A stretch of DNA of 64,000 nt. Origin: an uncultured cyanobacterium. Its GTDB lineage: Bacteria > Cyanobacteriota > Cyanobacteriia > PCC-6307 > Cyanobiaceae. The notes under the pieces are model-generated. The model did no database searches. It saw only the letters and a list, made by a program, of their open reading frames with translations, and had not been told where the DNA came from. This document shows, piece after piece, positions 37,297-48,868 of the stretch. The position numbers were made by a program, and so were the translations under genes. How positions within the stretch are numbered: the first letter of the stretch is position 1; each line of letters opens with the position of its first letter. The stretch is taken from positions 576,001 to 640,000 of the forward strand of contig CAVXWZ010000002.1 in NCBI GenBank assembly GCA_963765575.1, read 5' to 3'.

Positions 37297-38793
37297 TCAG
37301 GCCTCCGGGCGGAGCAGCGGAAAGGCAATCACATCGCGGATCGAGGCGCTGTCGGTGAGCAGCATCGCCAGCCGATCGATGCCGATGCCCAGGCCGCCGC
37401 AGGGCGGCATGCCCACCTCCAGGGCATGGAGGAAGTCCTCGTCCACCCCCTGGGCCTCGAGATCACCGGCGGCCCGGCGCTGCTGCTGCGCCTCAAGGCG
37501 GCGGCGCTGCTCCACCGGATCGATCAGCTCGCTGAAGGCATTGGCGGTCTCGCGGCCCACGATGAACAGCTCGAAGCGCTCCACCAGACCGGGCTTGCTG
37601 CGGTGGGACCGGGCCAGCGGCGAATTCTCCAGCGGGTAATCGAGCACGAAGGTGGGCTGCACCAGGGTGTCCTCCACCCGTTGCTCGAAGGCCTCCACCA
37701 GCAGGCGGCCCACCGAATCGGCCAGGGCTGGCACCTCCAGGCCCTGGTCGGCCATGGCGGCGGCGGCTTGCTCACGACTGGCGAAGGTGTCGAAATCGAG
37801 GCCGGTGGCCTGCTGCACCAGCTCATGCATCGTCGCCCGACGCCAGGGGGGCGTGAGGTCGATGGCGGTGTCCTGGTAGGTGATCGTGGTGGCACCGCAC
37901 ACCTGGCGGCAGACCGCGGCGATCAGCTCCTCGGTGAGGACCATCATGTCGGTGTAGTCCGCGTAGGCCTGGTAGACCTCCACGGAGGTGAACTCGGGGT
38001 TGTGGCGGGTGCTCACCCCCTCGTTGCGGAAGATCCGCCCCAGTTCGTAGACGCGCTCAAAGCCCCCCACCACCAGCCGCTTGAGGTGCAGCTCGGTGGC
38101 GATGCGCAGCGTGAGCGGCAGATCGAGGGTGTTGTGGTGGGTTTCGAAGGGACGGGCATCGGCGCCACCGCTCACCGTCTGCAACACCGGGGTCTCGATC
38201 TCCAGGAAGCCCCGCTCGTCGAGCCAGCGGCGCATGCCACTCACCAGCAGGGCCCGTTTGCGAAAGGTGTCGCGGGTGTGGGGGGAAACGATCAGGTCGA
38301 GGTAGCGCTGGCGGTAGCGCTTCTCCACGTCTGCCAGGCCGTGCCACTTGTCCGGCAGCGGCTGGAGCGCCTTGCTGAGCATCTGCCAGCCCGTCACCTT
38401 CACCGACAGCTCACCGCGATCGGTGCGCCGGAGGGTGCCGCTCACCCCGATCAGGTCGCCCGCATCCACCAGGGTGGTGAGCTGGGCGAAGGCACCGGGC
38501 GCCGGGGCCTCGGGGTTGGCCGCCTGGAGGGTGGCTTTCTCGAGAAACAGCTGGATCGGGCCGCTCTCATCCACCAGGGTGAAGAAGGCCAACTTGCCCA
38601 TCACCCGCCGGGTCATCACCCGCCCGGCCACGGCCACGGCCACGTCGCGCTCTTGGCCGTTGGCCAGGTCGCCATGGGCGGCCTGCAGCTCGGCGGTGCG
38701 GTGGCTGGCCTCGAAGCGCAGGGCGTAGGGGCCCTGGCCGAGCCGCGCCAGGGCAGCGGCTTTCTCCAGACGGGTATCGCGCAGCTCCGACAC
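37297..38793 (-). CDS. lysS: Lysine--tRNA ligase
   Basis: [26 protein letters not shown]. Confidence 0.98.
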   Translation of the reverse strand: MSELRDTRLEKAAALARLGQGPYALRFEASHRTAELQAAHGDLANGQERDVAVAVAGRVMTRRVMGKLAFFTLVDESGPIQLFLEKATLQAANPEAPAPGAFAQLTTLVDAGDLIGVSGTLRRTDRGELSVKVTGWQMLSKALQPLPDKWHGLADVEKRYRQRYLDLIVSPHTRDTFRKRALLVSGMRRWLDERGFLEIETPVLQTVSGGADARPFETHHNTLDLPLTLRIATELHLKRLVVGGFERVYELGRIFRNEGVSTRHNPEFTSVEVYQAYADYTDMMVLTEELIAAVCRQVCGATTITYQDTAIDLTPPWRRATMHELVQQATGLDFDTFASREQAAAAMADQGLEVPALADSVGRLLVEAFEQRVEDTLVQPTFVLDYPLENSPLARSHRSKPGLVERFELFIVGRETANAFSELIDPVEQRRRLEAQQQRRAAGDLEAQGVDEDFLHALEVGMPPCGGLGIGIDRLAMLLTDSASIRDVIAFPLLRPEA

Positions 38794-38854
38794 GGGGGCG
38801 GGGAGGATTCAGCAGGCAGCCATCCTGCAGGACAGGCACCCGGTGCCCGAGCGT

Positions 38855-39634
38855 TCAGCCGGCGGCGACCATGCCGCCATCCCCCAGCCGCTGGGAGGCG
38901 TACCCGGTGCCGCGCACGGTGAGGATCAGCTCCGGGTTGCGCGGATCGGGCTCAAGCTTGCCCCGCAGCCGGGCCACATACACGTCCACCACCCGCAGGT
39001 CAGCGGCGCGGCGGGGTGGGTAGCCCCAGAGCTGCTCGAGGATCTCGGCCCGCGGCACCACCCGGCCGGGGTCGCGGAACAGCAGCTCCAGCAGGCTGAA
39101 CTCGGTGTAGGTCAGGGCGATGCGGTCGCCGTCGCGGGTGACCTGGCGGCGGTTGGTGTCCACCACCAGATCCCCCACCCGCAACACACCATTGCCGGAG
39201 GGCAGCTCGCGCGGCTCGCTGGTGGCCGAACCGCGGCCCACCCGGCGCAGGATGGTGGCGATGCGGGCTTCCAGCTCCTTGGGGCTGAAGGGCTTGGGCA
39301 GGAAGTCGTCGGCGCCCAGATCCAGGCCCGAAACCCGCTCGGCGATGGCATCGAGGGCCGAGAGAAAAATGATCGGCACGCAGGATTCGGCCCGCAGCCG
39401 GCGACAGACGGCGAAGCCGTCGAGCCGGGGCATCATCACGTCGAGCACCACCAGGTCGGGCTGCTCCTGGTGGAAGAGAGTGATGGCCTCCTCGCCGTCT
39501 TCGGCGCACACAACCCGGTATCCGGCCAGCTGCAGACGCATCAGCAGCACCCGTCGTACCGCGGCCTCGTCGTCGACCACCAGCACCGTGGCCTTGGGAT
39601 CGGCCGGCTGGGTCGACCTGTCCGCCGAGGGCAT
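38855..39634 (-). CDS. rpaB: OmpR-family response regulator of RpaB type (possibly the SrrA paralogue)
   Basis: LDVMMP, KPFSPKELEARI, RVVDVYVARLRGKLEPDP.NPELILTVRGTGY; RpaB versus SrrA not resolved. Confidence 0.75.
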   Translation of the reverse strand: MPSADRSTQPADPKATVLVVDDEAAVRRVLLMRLQLAGYRVVCAEDGEEAITLFHQEQPDLVVLDVMMPRLDGFAVCRRLRAESCVPIIFLSALDAIAERVSGLDLGADDFLPKPFSPKELEARIATILRRVGRGSATSEPRELPSGNGVLRVGDLVVDTNRRQVTRDGDRIALTYTEFSLLELLFRDPGRVVPRAEILEQLWGYPPRRAADLRVVDVYVARLRGKLEPDPRNPELILTVRGTGYASQRLGDGGMVAAG

Positions 39635-39776
39635 GGGCAAGGCACCAACGGTGTGAAGTTTCGCAACCCTACCGTTCGATCGATCACCCGAGCCTGCATC
39701 CGAAGGCACGGGCGCCACGGAAGCGGGCAGATTTAAGAATGTTTTCCAGAGCGGTCGCCGTGGTGGCCGGCGCCGC

Positions 39777-41129
39777 TCAGGGCCAGCGCGCCTCGGCGTA
39801 GCGGTTCCACTCCCGCTCCGCCTCCGCCAGGGCCCGGTCGCTGTCCACCTGGCCGAGCATCGCCCGCTGCAGCTGGGTGTACACGATGGCCTGCAGGCGC
39901 TTGATGCCCGGAATGGCCGGCACCAGCACCCGGGCGCGCTGCAGGGTGCGGGCCGAGAGCAGGCGCGCCTGCTCCACCAGCTGGTTGGCCGCATCCCCGG
40001 CGGCGGGCTGGGCCAGGGCGGCCTCCAGCTGGCTGAGGGCCTGGCGGGAGGAGGGCAGCACCCGGGCCTCCTCGGCGAAGGCCAGCTGGTTGGCGGCATT
40101 GGTGAGAAACAGCCCGAAGCTCACCGCCTCGGCGGCCATGGCGCTCTGGCGCGGCACCACCAGGTTCATCACCGCGACGTTGGCGGCGCCGTCATCGCCA
40201 CGGATCGGCGGGAAGGGGGCGGTGTCGCGGGCAATGCCCGGGGCGTTCGTCTGCAGGTTGCGCAGGAAGTCCGGGCCCGTGGCCACCAGGGCCAGATCGC
40301 CGGCCTGGTAGAGCTCCACGGCCCGGCGGAAGCCCTGGCTCACCACCTCCCGCGGCAGCAGCCCGCGGCGGTAGAGCTCACTCCAGAACCGGAAGGCCTC
40401 ACGCCCGGCAGGGCTGTTGAAGGCGGCCCGGCGGCGCCCGTCCAGCAGCTGCACCCCCATCTGCACCAGGGTCTCCAGCATCTCGGCGGAGTCGTCCGGC
40501 ACCACGGTCACGAACAGGGCGTAGCGGCCGGTGCGGCGCCGCACCGCCTCCGCCCAGGCCGGCACCTCCCGCCAGCGCTGCGGCGGGGCCGTGCTGCCGG
40601 CCTCCTGCAGCAGCCGGCGGTTGGCCATGCTGATGCGGGCGGTGAGATACCAGGGAATGGCGAACTGGGACCCGTCCTGGCCGCCCGCCGCCCAGATGGC
40701 CGGCAGGTAGCTCTGGGCGGCCTCGGCGCTGACCAGCGGGGTCAGATCCAGCAGCCCGCCCTTGCTGGCCAGATTGGCGGCGAAGGGCGGGTTGAGATTC
40801 ACCAGGTCGGGGGCGGTGCGGGCGAACACCGAGGCCAGCAGCTTGCGCTCCACCGATCCCCAGGGCACATCGGTCCAGCGCACCGTCTCGGCCGGGTTGG
40901 CGCTCTCCCAGGCGGCCATGACCCCGCCCAGGTAGTCGTTGAACCGGGGGGCCAGGTCGAGGGTCCAGAGGTTGAGCTCCCGGCGGCCATCGCCCGGGCC
41001 GCCCCGCCGCCCGCAGGCGGCCACCGCGGCCGAGCCCCCCGCTGTGGCCAGCAGGCGCAGCAGCCGCCGGCGGGACATCGGGTTGCTGGCCATCGGATCG
41101 CTCGCCATCGGGTCGCTGGGCATCGTCAT
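39777..41129 (-). CDS. Sugar ABC transporter substrate-binding lipoprotein
   Basis: SRRRLL...VAAC Tat/lipoprotein signal, WTDVPW, PDLVNLN, AIPWY. Confidence 0.88.
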   Translation of the reverse strand: MTMPSDPMASDPMASNPMSRRRLLRLLATAGGSAAVAACGRRGGPGDGRRELNLWTLDLAPRFNDYLGGVMAAWESANPAETVRWTDVPWGSVERKLLASVFARTAPDLVNLNPPFAANLASKGGLLDLTPLVSAEAAQSYLPAIWAAGGQDGSQFAIPWYLTARISMANRRLLQEAGSTAPPQRWREVPAWAEAVRRRTGRYALFVTVVPDDSAEMLETLVQMGVQLLDGRRRAAFNSPAGREAFRFWSELYRRGLLPREVVSQGFRRAVELYQAGDLALVATGPDFLRNLQTNAPGIARDTAPFPPIRGDDGAANVAVMNLVVPRQSAMAAEAVSFGLFLTNAANQLAFAEEARVLPSSRQALSQLEAALAQPAAGDAANQLVEQARLLSARTLQRARVLVPAIPGIKRLQAIVYTQLQRAMLGQVDSDRALAEAEREWNRYAEARWP

Positions 41130-41629
41130 CAGCTGCGCAGTCCCGGCGCCAGCTGGCGCCAGAGCAGCAGTTGCAGCGAACACAGCATCGGCGCCAGCAG
41201 ACCGGTGAGCAGGGTCTGGGCCAGCAGGGTGTGCAGGACGGCGGCACTGGCCAGGCCCAGCCAGAGCTGCTGCAGGGCCAGCGAAGCCCCCAGCAGGGCG
41301 CTGCCCAGCAGGGCCAGCAGGCCGAGGTTGAAGCTGCGTTCGATCGGCGGTCCCCGCCGCCCCAGCCGTCCCCACCACCAGCCCAGCAGGGCCAGGGCGG
41401 GAATCTGGGTGAGCGGGCCGGGATGGAGGCCGTCGAGCAGCAGCCCCAGCACGACCCCCAGCAGCAACCCGGAGAGGGGCCCATCCACCAGCGCCCAGGG
41501 CAGCAGCCAGAGCACCGCCCAGCTCGGGGGCACCCCGGCCAGCTTCAGGGGCGCCGGAGCGGCGAGCACCAGCAAGGGCACCGCCAGCACGGTGACCAGG
41601 GTCCAGCGCTGGCGCGCCAGGCCGCTCAC
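41129..41629 (-). CDS. mreD: Rod shape-determining protein MreD
   Basis: Hydrophobic ORF following mreC. Confidence 0.85.
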   Translation of the reverse strand: MSGLARQRWTLVTVLAVPLLVLAAPAPLKLAGVPPSWAVLWLLPWALVDGPLSGLLLGVVLGLLLDGLHPGPLTQIPALALLGWWWGRLGRRGPPIERSFNLGLLALLGSALLGASLALQQLWLGLASAAVLHTLLAQTLLTGLLAPMLCSLQLLLWRQLAPGLRS

Positions 41630-42375
41630 GGCGCCGTCACCCGCACCTGCACCCAGTCGATCGCCTCAGCCGGGGCACTGAGCTGCACCACCGCTTCGGG
41701 GGCCGGCACCGCCTGCTCATTCACGCTCTGGACCACGCCCACGGTGAGATTCGGCGGCAGCAGCGTGCTGGCGGGGGAGGTGGTGACGACGTCGCCGGGC
41801 CGCACACCCACATCCTGCTGGATGAAGCGCAGCAGGGGGCGGTCCGTGCCCTGGCCCACGAGCATGCCGTGGTGCCGCACCCGCCCCACCCACACGCCCA
41901 CGCGGCTGGAGGAGTCGGTGAGCAGGGTGACGGTGGCGGTGGTGGGGGTGACGCTGGCCACCCGGCCCAGCAGCCCGCCCGGGGCGAGCACCGCGGCACC
42001 GCTGGCCACCCCCTGCAGCGAACCGTGGCCGATCACCAGCTGCTGCCACCAACCCCCGGCCTGGCGGGAGATCACCGGGGCGCTGAGCAGGCCGCCGGAG
42101 CTGCCCTGGAGCTCCAGCAGCTCCCGCAGCCGCCTGTTGTCGGCCTCCAGTTGCTCCAGGCGGGTCTGCTGGTCGAGCTGCTGGGCGGCACGCAGCCAGG
42201 CCGACTGGGCACTGCCGGGCCAGAACGGCCGACTGAGCAGGGCATAGGCATCGCTGAGCAGCGCCCCCTTGCTCAGCCGCACGGCCGCCAGGGCCAGCAA
42301 CACCAGCAGCCAGGGCCAGGCTGCGGTGAGCAGGCGCAGCGGCGGGAGGCGCAGCCTGCGGCCCGGCGACTGCAT
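41626..42375 (-). CDS. mreC: Rod shape-determining protein MreC
   Basis: N-terminal TM, coiled coil, GLLGRV, GDVVTTS. Confidence 0.92.
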   Translation of the reverse strand: MQSPGRRLRLPPLRLLTAAWPWLLVLLALAAVRLSKGALLSDAYALLSRPFWPGSAQSAWLRAAQQLDQQTRLEQLEADNRRLRELLELQGSSGGLLSAPVISRQAGGWWQQLVIGHGSLQGVASGAAVLAPGGLLGRVASVTPTTATVTLLTDSSSRVGVWVGRVRHHGMLVGQGTDRPLLRFIQQDVGVRPGDVVTTSPASTLLPPNLTVGVVQSVNEQAVPAPEAVVQLSAPAEAIDWVQVRVTAP

Positions 42376-42380
42376 CGCGA

Positions 42381-43427
42381 TCAGGCCAGCTGGCGCACGA
42401 AGTCAGGGGTGTCGAGCACGCGCTCCAGACGTTTGTAGTCCTCGAGCACCATGCCGCAACCCTGCACCACACACAACAGCGGCTCTTCGGCCACATGGGT
42501 GAGGATGCCGGTCTCGTGGCTGATCAGGTCACTGATGCCGCGCACCATGGCGCCGCCACCGGCGAGCATGATGCCGCGATCGACGATGTCGGCGGCCAGC
42601 TCGGGGGGCGTGCGCTCGAGGGTGCGCTTCACCGCCTCCACGATCACGTTCAGCGGTTCGGCCATCGCCTCGCGGATGTCGCCGGCGCGCACGTTGATGG
42701 TGCGGGGCAGACCGGAGAGCAGGTGCAGGCCGCGCACATCCATCGACGTCTCGTCGTGGACCTCATCGGGGAAGGCGGAGCCGATGCGGATCTTGATGTC
42801 CTCGGCGGTGCGTTCCCCCACCACCAGGTTGTGCACCTTCTTGAGATACACGCCGATGGCATCGCTGAGCTCATCGCCGGCCACCCGCACCGATTCGCTG
42901 AGCACGGTGCCGCCGAGGCTGAGCACCGCCACCTCGGTGGTGCCGCCGCCGATGTCCACGATCATCGTGCCCACGGGCTCGGTCACCGGCAGGCCGGCGC
43001 CAATCGCCGCGGCCACGGGCTCATCGATCAGGTGCACCTCGCGGGCGCCGGCCAGGCCGGCCTCGCGCACGGCGCGGCGCTCGACGCCGGTGACGCCGCT
43101 GGGGATGCCGATCACCAGGCGCGGCGCCACGATGCCGCGGCCCTCATTGCCCTTCTGGATGAAGGTCTTGATCATTTGCTCGGCGGCGTCGAAATCGGCG
43201 ATCACGCCGTCGCGCAGCGGCCGGATGGCCCGGATGTTGCCGGGGGTGCGGCCGAGCATCATCTTGGCCTCATCACCCACGGCCAGGGGCACGCCACGCT
43301 CGAGATCGAGGGCCACCACCGAGGGCTCCTGGAGCACAATGCCCTTGCCGGACACGTACATGAGGGTGTTGGCCGTTCCCAGGTCGATGCCGATGTCGCG
43401 GGAGAACTGAAAGCGACGGAAAAACAC
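42381..43427 (-). CDS. mreB: Rod shape-determining protein MreB
   Basis: IGIDLGTANT, DIGGGTTE, LAGGG. Confidence 0.98.
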   Translation of the reverse strand: MFFRRFQFSRDIGIDLGTANTLMYVSGKGIVLQEPSVVALDLERGVPLAVGDEAKMMLGRTPGNIRAIRPLRDGVIADFDAAEQMIKTFIQKGNEGRGIVAPRLVIGIPSGVTGVERRAVREAGLAGAREVHLIDEPVAAAIGAGLPVTEPVGTMIVDIGGGTTEVAVLSLGGTVLSESVRVAGDELSDAIGVYLKKVHNLVVGERTAEDIKIRIGSAFPDEVHDETSMDVRGLHLLSGLPRTINVRAGDIREAMAEPLNVIVEAVKRTLERTPPELAADIVDRGIMLAGGGAMVRGISDLISHETGILTHVAEEPLLCVVQGCGMVLEDYKRLERVLDTPDFVRQLA

Positions 43428-43574
43428 GGGGCGGGACCAGGCCGGAAGGCGCCGAATCATAGGGGGGTGTTACGGCCCCACCCCCGCGGTGGCACTGGAA
43501 GAACGGTGGCGCCGCAGGCCGAAATCCGGACCCGGGTGCCGCATCATTGATCCCTACGAACGAGGACACACGCC

Positions 43575-43988
43575 ATGGGCGTCAACTCCATCACCCTGGT
43601 GGGCCGTGCCGGCCGCGACCCTGAGGTGCGGTACTTCGAATCCGGCAGCATGGTCGCCAATCTCACCCTGGCGGTGAACCGGCGCAGCCGCGACGACGAA
43701 CCCGACTGGTTCAACCTCGAGATCTGGGGCAAGCAGGCCCAGGTGGCAGCCGACTATGTGCGCAAGGGCTCCCTGCTCGGAATCATCGGCAGCTTCAAGC
43801 TCGACCGCTGGACCGACCGCAGCAGCGGCGAGGAGCGCACCAAGCCGGTGATCCGCGTGGACCGGCTGGAGCTGCTGGGCTCCAAGCGCGACGGCGAAGC
43901 CGCCATGGCGGGCGCTGGCAGCTACGGCAGTGGCGGCGCCGGTGGCTTTGGCGGCGGCGAGCCCAGCGAGGAGGAAGTGCCCTTCTGA
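43575..43988 (+). CDS. ssb: Single-stranded DNA-binding protein
   Basis: LVGRAGRDPE, acidic EEVPF tail. Confidence 0.97.
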   Translation: MGVNSITLVGRAGRDPEVRYFESGSMVANLTLAVNRRSRDDEPDWFNLEIWGKQAQVAADYVRKGSLLGIIGSFKLDRWTDRSSGEERTKPVIRVDRLELLGSKRDGEAAMAGAGSYGSGGAGGFGGGEPSEEEVPF

Positions 43989-44171
43989 GCGCCGCGCCGT
44001 GGCGCTCGGGCTGGTTCAGCGCTCACAGGCTGTGCTGAGACCTGTGCAGAACGCCGAAAGGCAGAACCCTCACCCTGCACTGCCGCCAGCCCCCCGGCCC
44101 CGAGTCAGCCCGCCGAGGGGCGTCCGGCCCCTGGCCGGTGGCCGCCCGACGCGGGCTGAGCAGGCGGCACC

Positions 44172-45608
<1,437 letters not shown>

Positions 45609-45721
45609 GCTCCTGAAAAGCGCTCGCTCCCGACTGGGAGGGCGTGGATGGGAAATATCTGCAGAGACGCCGAGGCTTCGGGCTCGCTGGGCGGCAATCT
45701 ACCGAGAGTCTCCCGAGCGCC

Positions 45722-46252
45722 GTGAACCCGAGCTCCCCGCCCGCCGCCAGCCCGCGCCCAGGCGCAGGCCGGGGCAGGCAGCACTGGCGGCTGGCGGATG
45801 CCGCGGCCACCCGGGCCCTGGGACGGGATCTCGCCCCCCGGCTGCTGGCCGCCCAGCTGCCCCTGCTGCTGGAGGGGGAGCTGGGCGCCGGCAAAACCTG
45901 CCTGGTGCAAGGGATCGCGGCGGGGCTGGACATCGCCGAGCCGATCACCAGCCCCAGCTACGCCCTGGCCCAGCACTACACAGGCCGCCACCCCGACGGC
46001 ACCGCCACCGCCCTGGTGCATCTGGACCTCTACCGCCTGGAGCAACCGGCGGCGGCCGAGGAGCTGTTCGCCCAGGAGGAGGAAGCGGCCGCAGAGTTGG
46101 GGGCGCTGCTGGCGGTGGAGTGGCCCGAGCGGCTGCGGGCCCTGCCGCCGCAGGCCTGGTGGCTGCACCTGGAGCTGGCCGATCCCGTCGACCCCGACGC
46201 GGGCCGCGTGGCCTGGCTCCAAGGTCCGGCCTGCCTCAACCAGGGCGGCTGA
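45722..46252 (+). CDS. tsaE: t6A tRNA modification ATPase TsaE
   Basis: GELGAGKT, ITSPSY, HLDLYRL, VEWPER; start uncertain. Confidence 0.93.
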   Translation: MNPSSPPAASPRPGAGRGRQHWRLADAAATRALGRDLAPRLLAAQLPLLLEGELGAGKTCLVQGIAAGLDIAEPITSPSYALAQHYTGRHPDGTATALVHLDLYRLEQPAAAEELFAQEEEAAAELGALLAVEWPERLRALPPQAWWLHLELADPVDPDAGRVAWLQGPACLNQGG

Positions 46253-47273
46253 GGCAGGCCCGGACCTGGGCCAGGGTGGGCTGGGGCTCGATGGCGCCGG
46301 AGCCCTGGCACACCAGGGCGCCACAGGCGCTGGCGAAGCGCATCAGCTCCGTCAGGGCCGCCGCATCGGTCCCATCGAGCAGCTCGGGGCGGGCGCAGAG
46401 CCCGTGCAGCAGGCCGGCGGTGAAGGCGTCGCCGGCGCCGGTGGTATCGAGCGGGGTGATCGGCAAGGGGGCCAGGGCACCGCGCGCCGCACCGCAGCAC
46501 CAGCGCACCGGATTGGGGCCATCGCTCACCACCACGGCCGGCCGGCCGGGCAACGCGGCGCTGAGCAGCGCCGGATCGTCGCTGCCGCAGAGCCACAGCG
46601 CCTCCTCACGGGCGCACTTGATCAGGGCCGCCTGCTCCAGCAGGGGCTGGCAGCGGCGCAGCTGGCCGGCATCGGGACCGCTGGCCGGGTCGGCGGCCGG
46701 ATCCCAGAAGGTGGGTCGCCAGTTGACATCCACCGCCACCGCCACGGCGACCGCCGCGGCCCGCCGCAACGCCACCTCCAGGGCAGCGGCGGCGGCAGGG
46801 GAGGCAAGCGGAATGGTGCCCACCAACAGCCAACGCGCCGCCGGCAGCAGCGCCGGGAGCGCGGTCGCCAGCGCATCGGCGGCGAGGGCCTGATCCGCGA
46901 AGCCCGCGTCCCGGCCACCGGCGAAGCCGCCAAACTGGCGCTCGCCGCCGGCATCGCGGCGCACCAGCACGATGCGGCTGGGCCGCTCGGGATCGCGCTG
47001 CAGGCCGCCGGTGTCCACACCGCGGCTGGCGAACAGACGGGCGAATTCAGCGCCGATGGCGTCGCTGCCCAGCCGGCCCAGAAAGGCCGCCGGCGTTCCC
47101 AGGCGCGCCAGGGCGCAGGCCACGTTGGCCGGGGCACCACCAAGGCAGTCGACACCGGCGCTGGCCGGGTCACCGCCGGGGGGACCGAGGCGATCCACCA
47201 ACGCCTCACCCAGGCAGAGCACCTGAGGGGCAGGGGTGGCCGTTGTGGTGGACGGCGCTGGCGATGGGAGCAT
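46236..47273 (-). CDS. PfkB family carbohydrate kinase
   Basis: GGAPANVA, DVNWRP, DTTGAGDAF. Confidence 0.92.
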   Translation of the reverse strand: MLPSPAPSTTTATPAPQVLCLGEALVDRLGPPGGDPASAGVDCLGGAPANVACALARLGTPAAFLGRLGSDAIGAEFARLFASRGVDTGGLQRDPERPSRIVLVRRDAGGERQFGGFAGGRDAGFADQALAADALATALPALLPAARWLLVGTIPLASPAAAAALEVALRRAAAVAVAVAVDVNWRPTFWDPAADPASGPDAGQLRRCQPLLEQAALIKCAREEALWLCGSDDPALLSAALPGRPAVVVSDGPNPVRWCCGAARGALAPLPITPLDTTGAGDAFTAGLLHGLCARPELLDGTDAAALTELMRFASACGALVCQGSGAIEPQPTLAQVRACLSRPG

Positions 47274-48457
47274 CAGGCGGCCGGGCGGCTCTCCCCAGCC
47301 TGCTGCCCATCGACGCCTGGATCCAGCCGCGCCTGCAGCGCCGCGATGATGCGGGCGTTGGCGGCCGGGAAGGGGAAGTTGGCCAGTTGCCCGGGCCGCA
47401 CCCAGCGCACCTGCTGACTGGCGAGCGGCTGGGGTTCGCCCGCCAGCCAGCGGCACAGGTGCACCACGAAGCGCAGCCTCTTGTGGCTGTAGGCGTGATC
47501 GAGGGTGATCAGTTCATCCCCCACCGCCACCTCAATCGCCAGCTCTTCGCCCAGCTCGCGCACGATGGTGGCCGCGATCGCTTCGCCCGGCTCCTGCTTG
47601 CCGCCGGGGAACTCCCAGAGGCCACCCAGCAGGCCCTCGTTGAGCCGCTGATCAATCAGCACCTCGCCGGCTCCGTTGAGCACCACCCCCACGCCGATCA
47701 CCTGGAAGGGCAGCGGGCGCGGGGCATCCTTCACGGGATAGGCGGCGGCGTCGCCGGCAGCGTAGGCAGCGCAGTGCCCCTGCCAGGGACAGGCGCCGCA
47801 ATCGGGCTTGCGGGGGGTGCAGACGGTGGCGCCCAGGTCCATCAGCGCCTGGTTGAACGCCCGGGGCCGCTGCGGATCGAGCAGCCGTTCACTCAGTTGC
47901 CAGAACCCCGCGAGCTGCCGCGCCGGCGGCCGCGGGCTGGCGATCAGCCGCGCCAGCACCCGCTTGACATTGCCGTCGAGGATCGCGAACGGCAGATCAA
48001 AAGCCGAGGACAGGATGCTGCCGGCGGTGCTGCGGCCGATCCCCGGCAGCGCCAGCCAAGCCTCGAGCGTGCGCGGCCAGGGTTCACCGGCCGCCCCACC
48101 CGGCCCAGCCGCCGCCCCCAGCAGCTGCCGCGCCGCCTGCTGCAACCGCCGGGCGCGGGCGTAGTAGCCCAGCCCCTGCCAGAGCAGCAGCAGATCGTGC
48201 GCATCGGCCGCCGCCAGGCCCTCCAGCGTGGGCCATGCGGCCATCCAGCGCCGCCAGTAGGGCAGTGCCACCTGCAGCTGGGTCTGCTGCAGCATCACCT
48301 CGGCGACCCAGATCGGGTAAGGATCCAACGCCTCACCCGGCCCGGGCAAGTGGCCATCGCACCGCTGTTTCCAGGGGATAGCCTGCCGACCGTGCTCCTG
48401 CCACCAGGCCAGCAGCTGCTGGCGCAGCTCGGCTCGATGGAGGTCGGCCCGGATCAC
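47273..48457 (-). CDS. mutY: A/G-specific adenine glycosylase
   Basis: EVMLQQTQ, GLGYYARA, HhH, 4-Cys FeS motif, NUDIX-like C-terminus. Confidence 0.95.
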   Translation of the reverse strand: MIRADLHRAELRQQLLAWWQEHGRQAIPWKQRCDGHLPGPGEALDPYPIWVAEVMLQQTQLQVALPYWRRWMAAWPTLEGLAAADAHDLLLLWQGLGYYARARRLQQAARQLLGAAAGPGGAAGEPWPRTLEAWLALPGIGRSTAGSILSSAFDLPFAILDGNVKRVLARLIASPRPPARQLAGFWQLSERLLDPQRPRAFNQALMDLGATVCTPRKPDCGACPWQGHCAAYAAGDAAAYPVKDAPRPLPFQVIGVGVVLNGAGEVLIDQRLNEGLLGGLWEFPGGKQEPGEAIAATIVRELGEELAIEVAVGDELITLDHAYSHKRLRFVVHLCRWLAGEPQPLASQQVRWVRPGQLANFPFPAANARIIAALQARLDPGVDGQQAGESRPAA

Positions 48458-48645
48458 CGCCGCAGTCGGCCCACGGCATACCCAGCCAGCAAGCCAGCCG
48501 CCGCACCGATGTCAAAACTGAAACTGCGGCGGGGGTGCGCTGGCGCAGGCTTCAGCTGCTTCGCCTCCCCAGGCGGCTGGCGTTGTAGGCGCTCGGCGCC
48601 CTCAATCTCGCGCTCCAGGCGCTGGAGCTCATCGGCTGCGCTCAT
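48454..48645 (-). CDS. Small hypothetical protein with C-terminal hydrophobic segment
   Basis: 63-aa ORF whose stop overlaps the mutY start. Confidence 0.5.
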   Translation of the reverse strand: MSAADELQRLEREIEGAERLQRQPPGEAKQLKPAPAHPRRSFSFDIGAAAGLLAGYAVGRLRR

Positions 48646-48868
48646 GTCCCCAGCCTGCACCACGACGCGCATCAATTCTGGCCACCTGGGCAGTGGCCGT
48701 CGGCATGGACGACGTGCGCCTCAAGCTCAAGGCCTCGCAGGCCAGTCCAGGTGGAGGCCCTGCCGGTGCAGGGGCCGAGGGCGCCAACGCCCGCGATCAG
48801 CCAGCGGCTGGCTTGCTGAAAGGCCCCTGGCCATCAACACTGGATTCAGCCCCATCCCCGCGCCCTCC

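Noticed and set aside
39729..39749. HLR1 (RpaB) site upstream of the response regulator
   Set aside because: Too many mismatches to the consensus to support.
47243..48868. N-terminal extension of the 937-aa ORF
   Set aside because: Overlaps mutY antisense; the real gene begins near 48869-48929 with a signal peptide.
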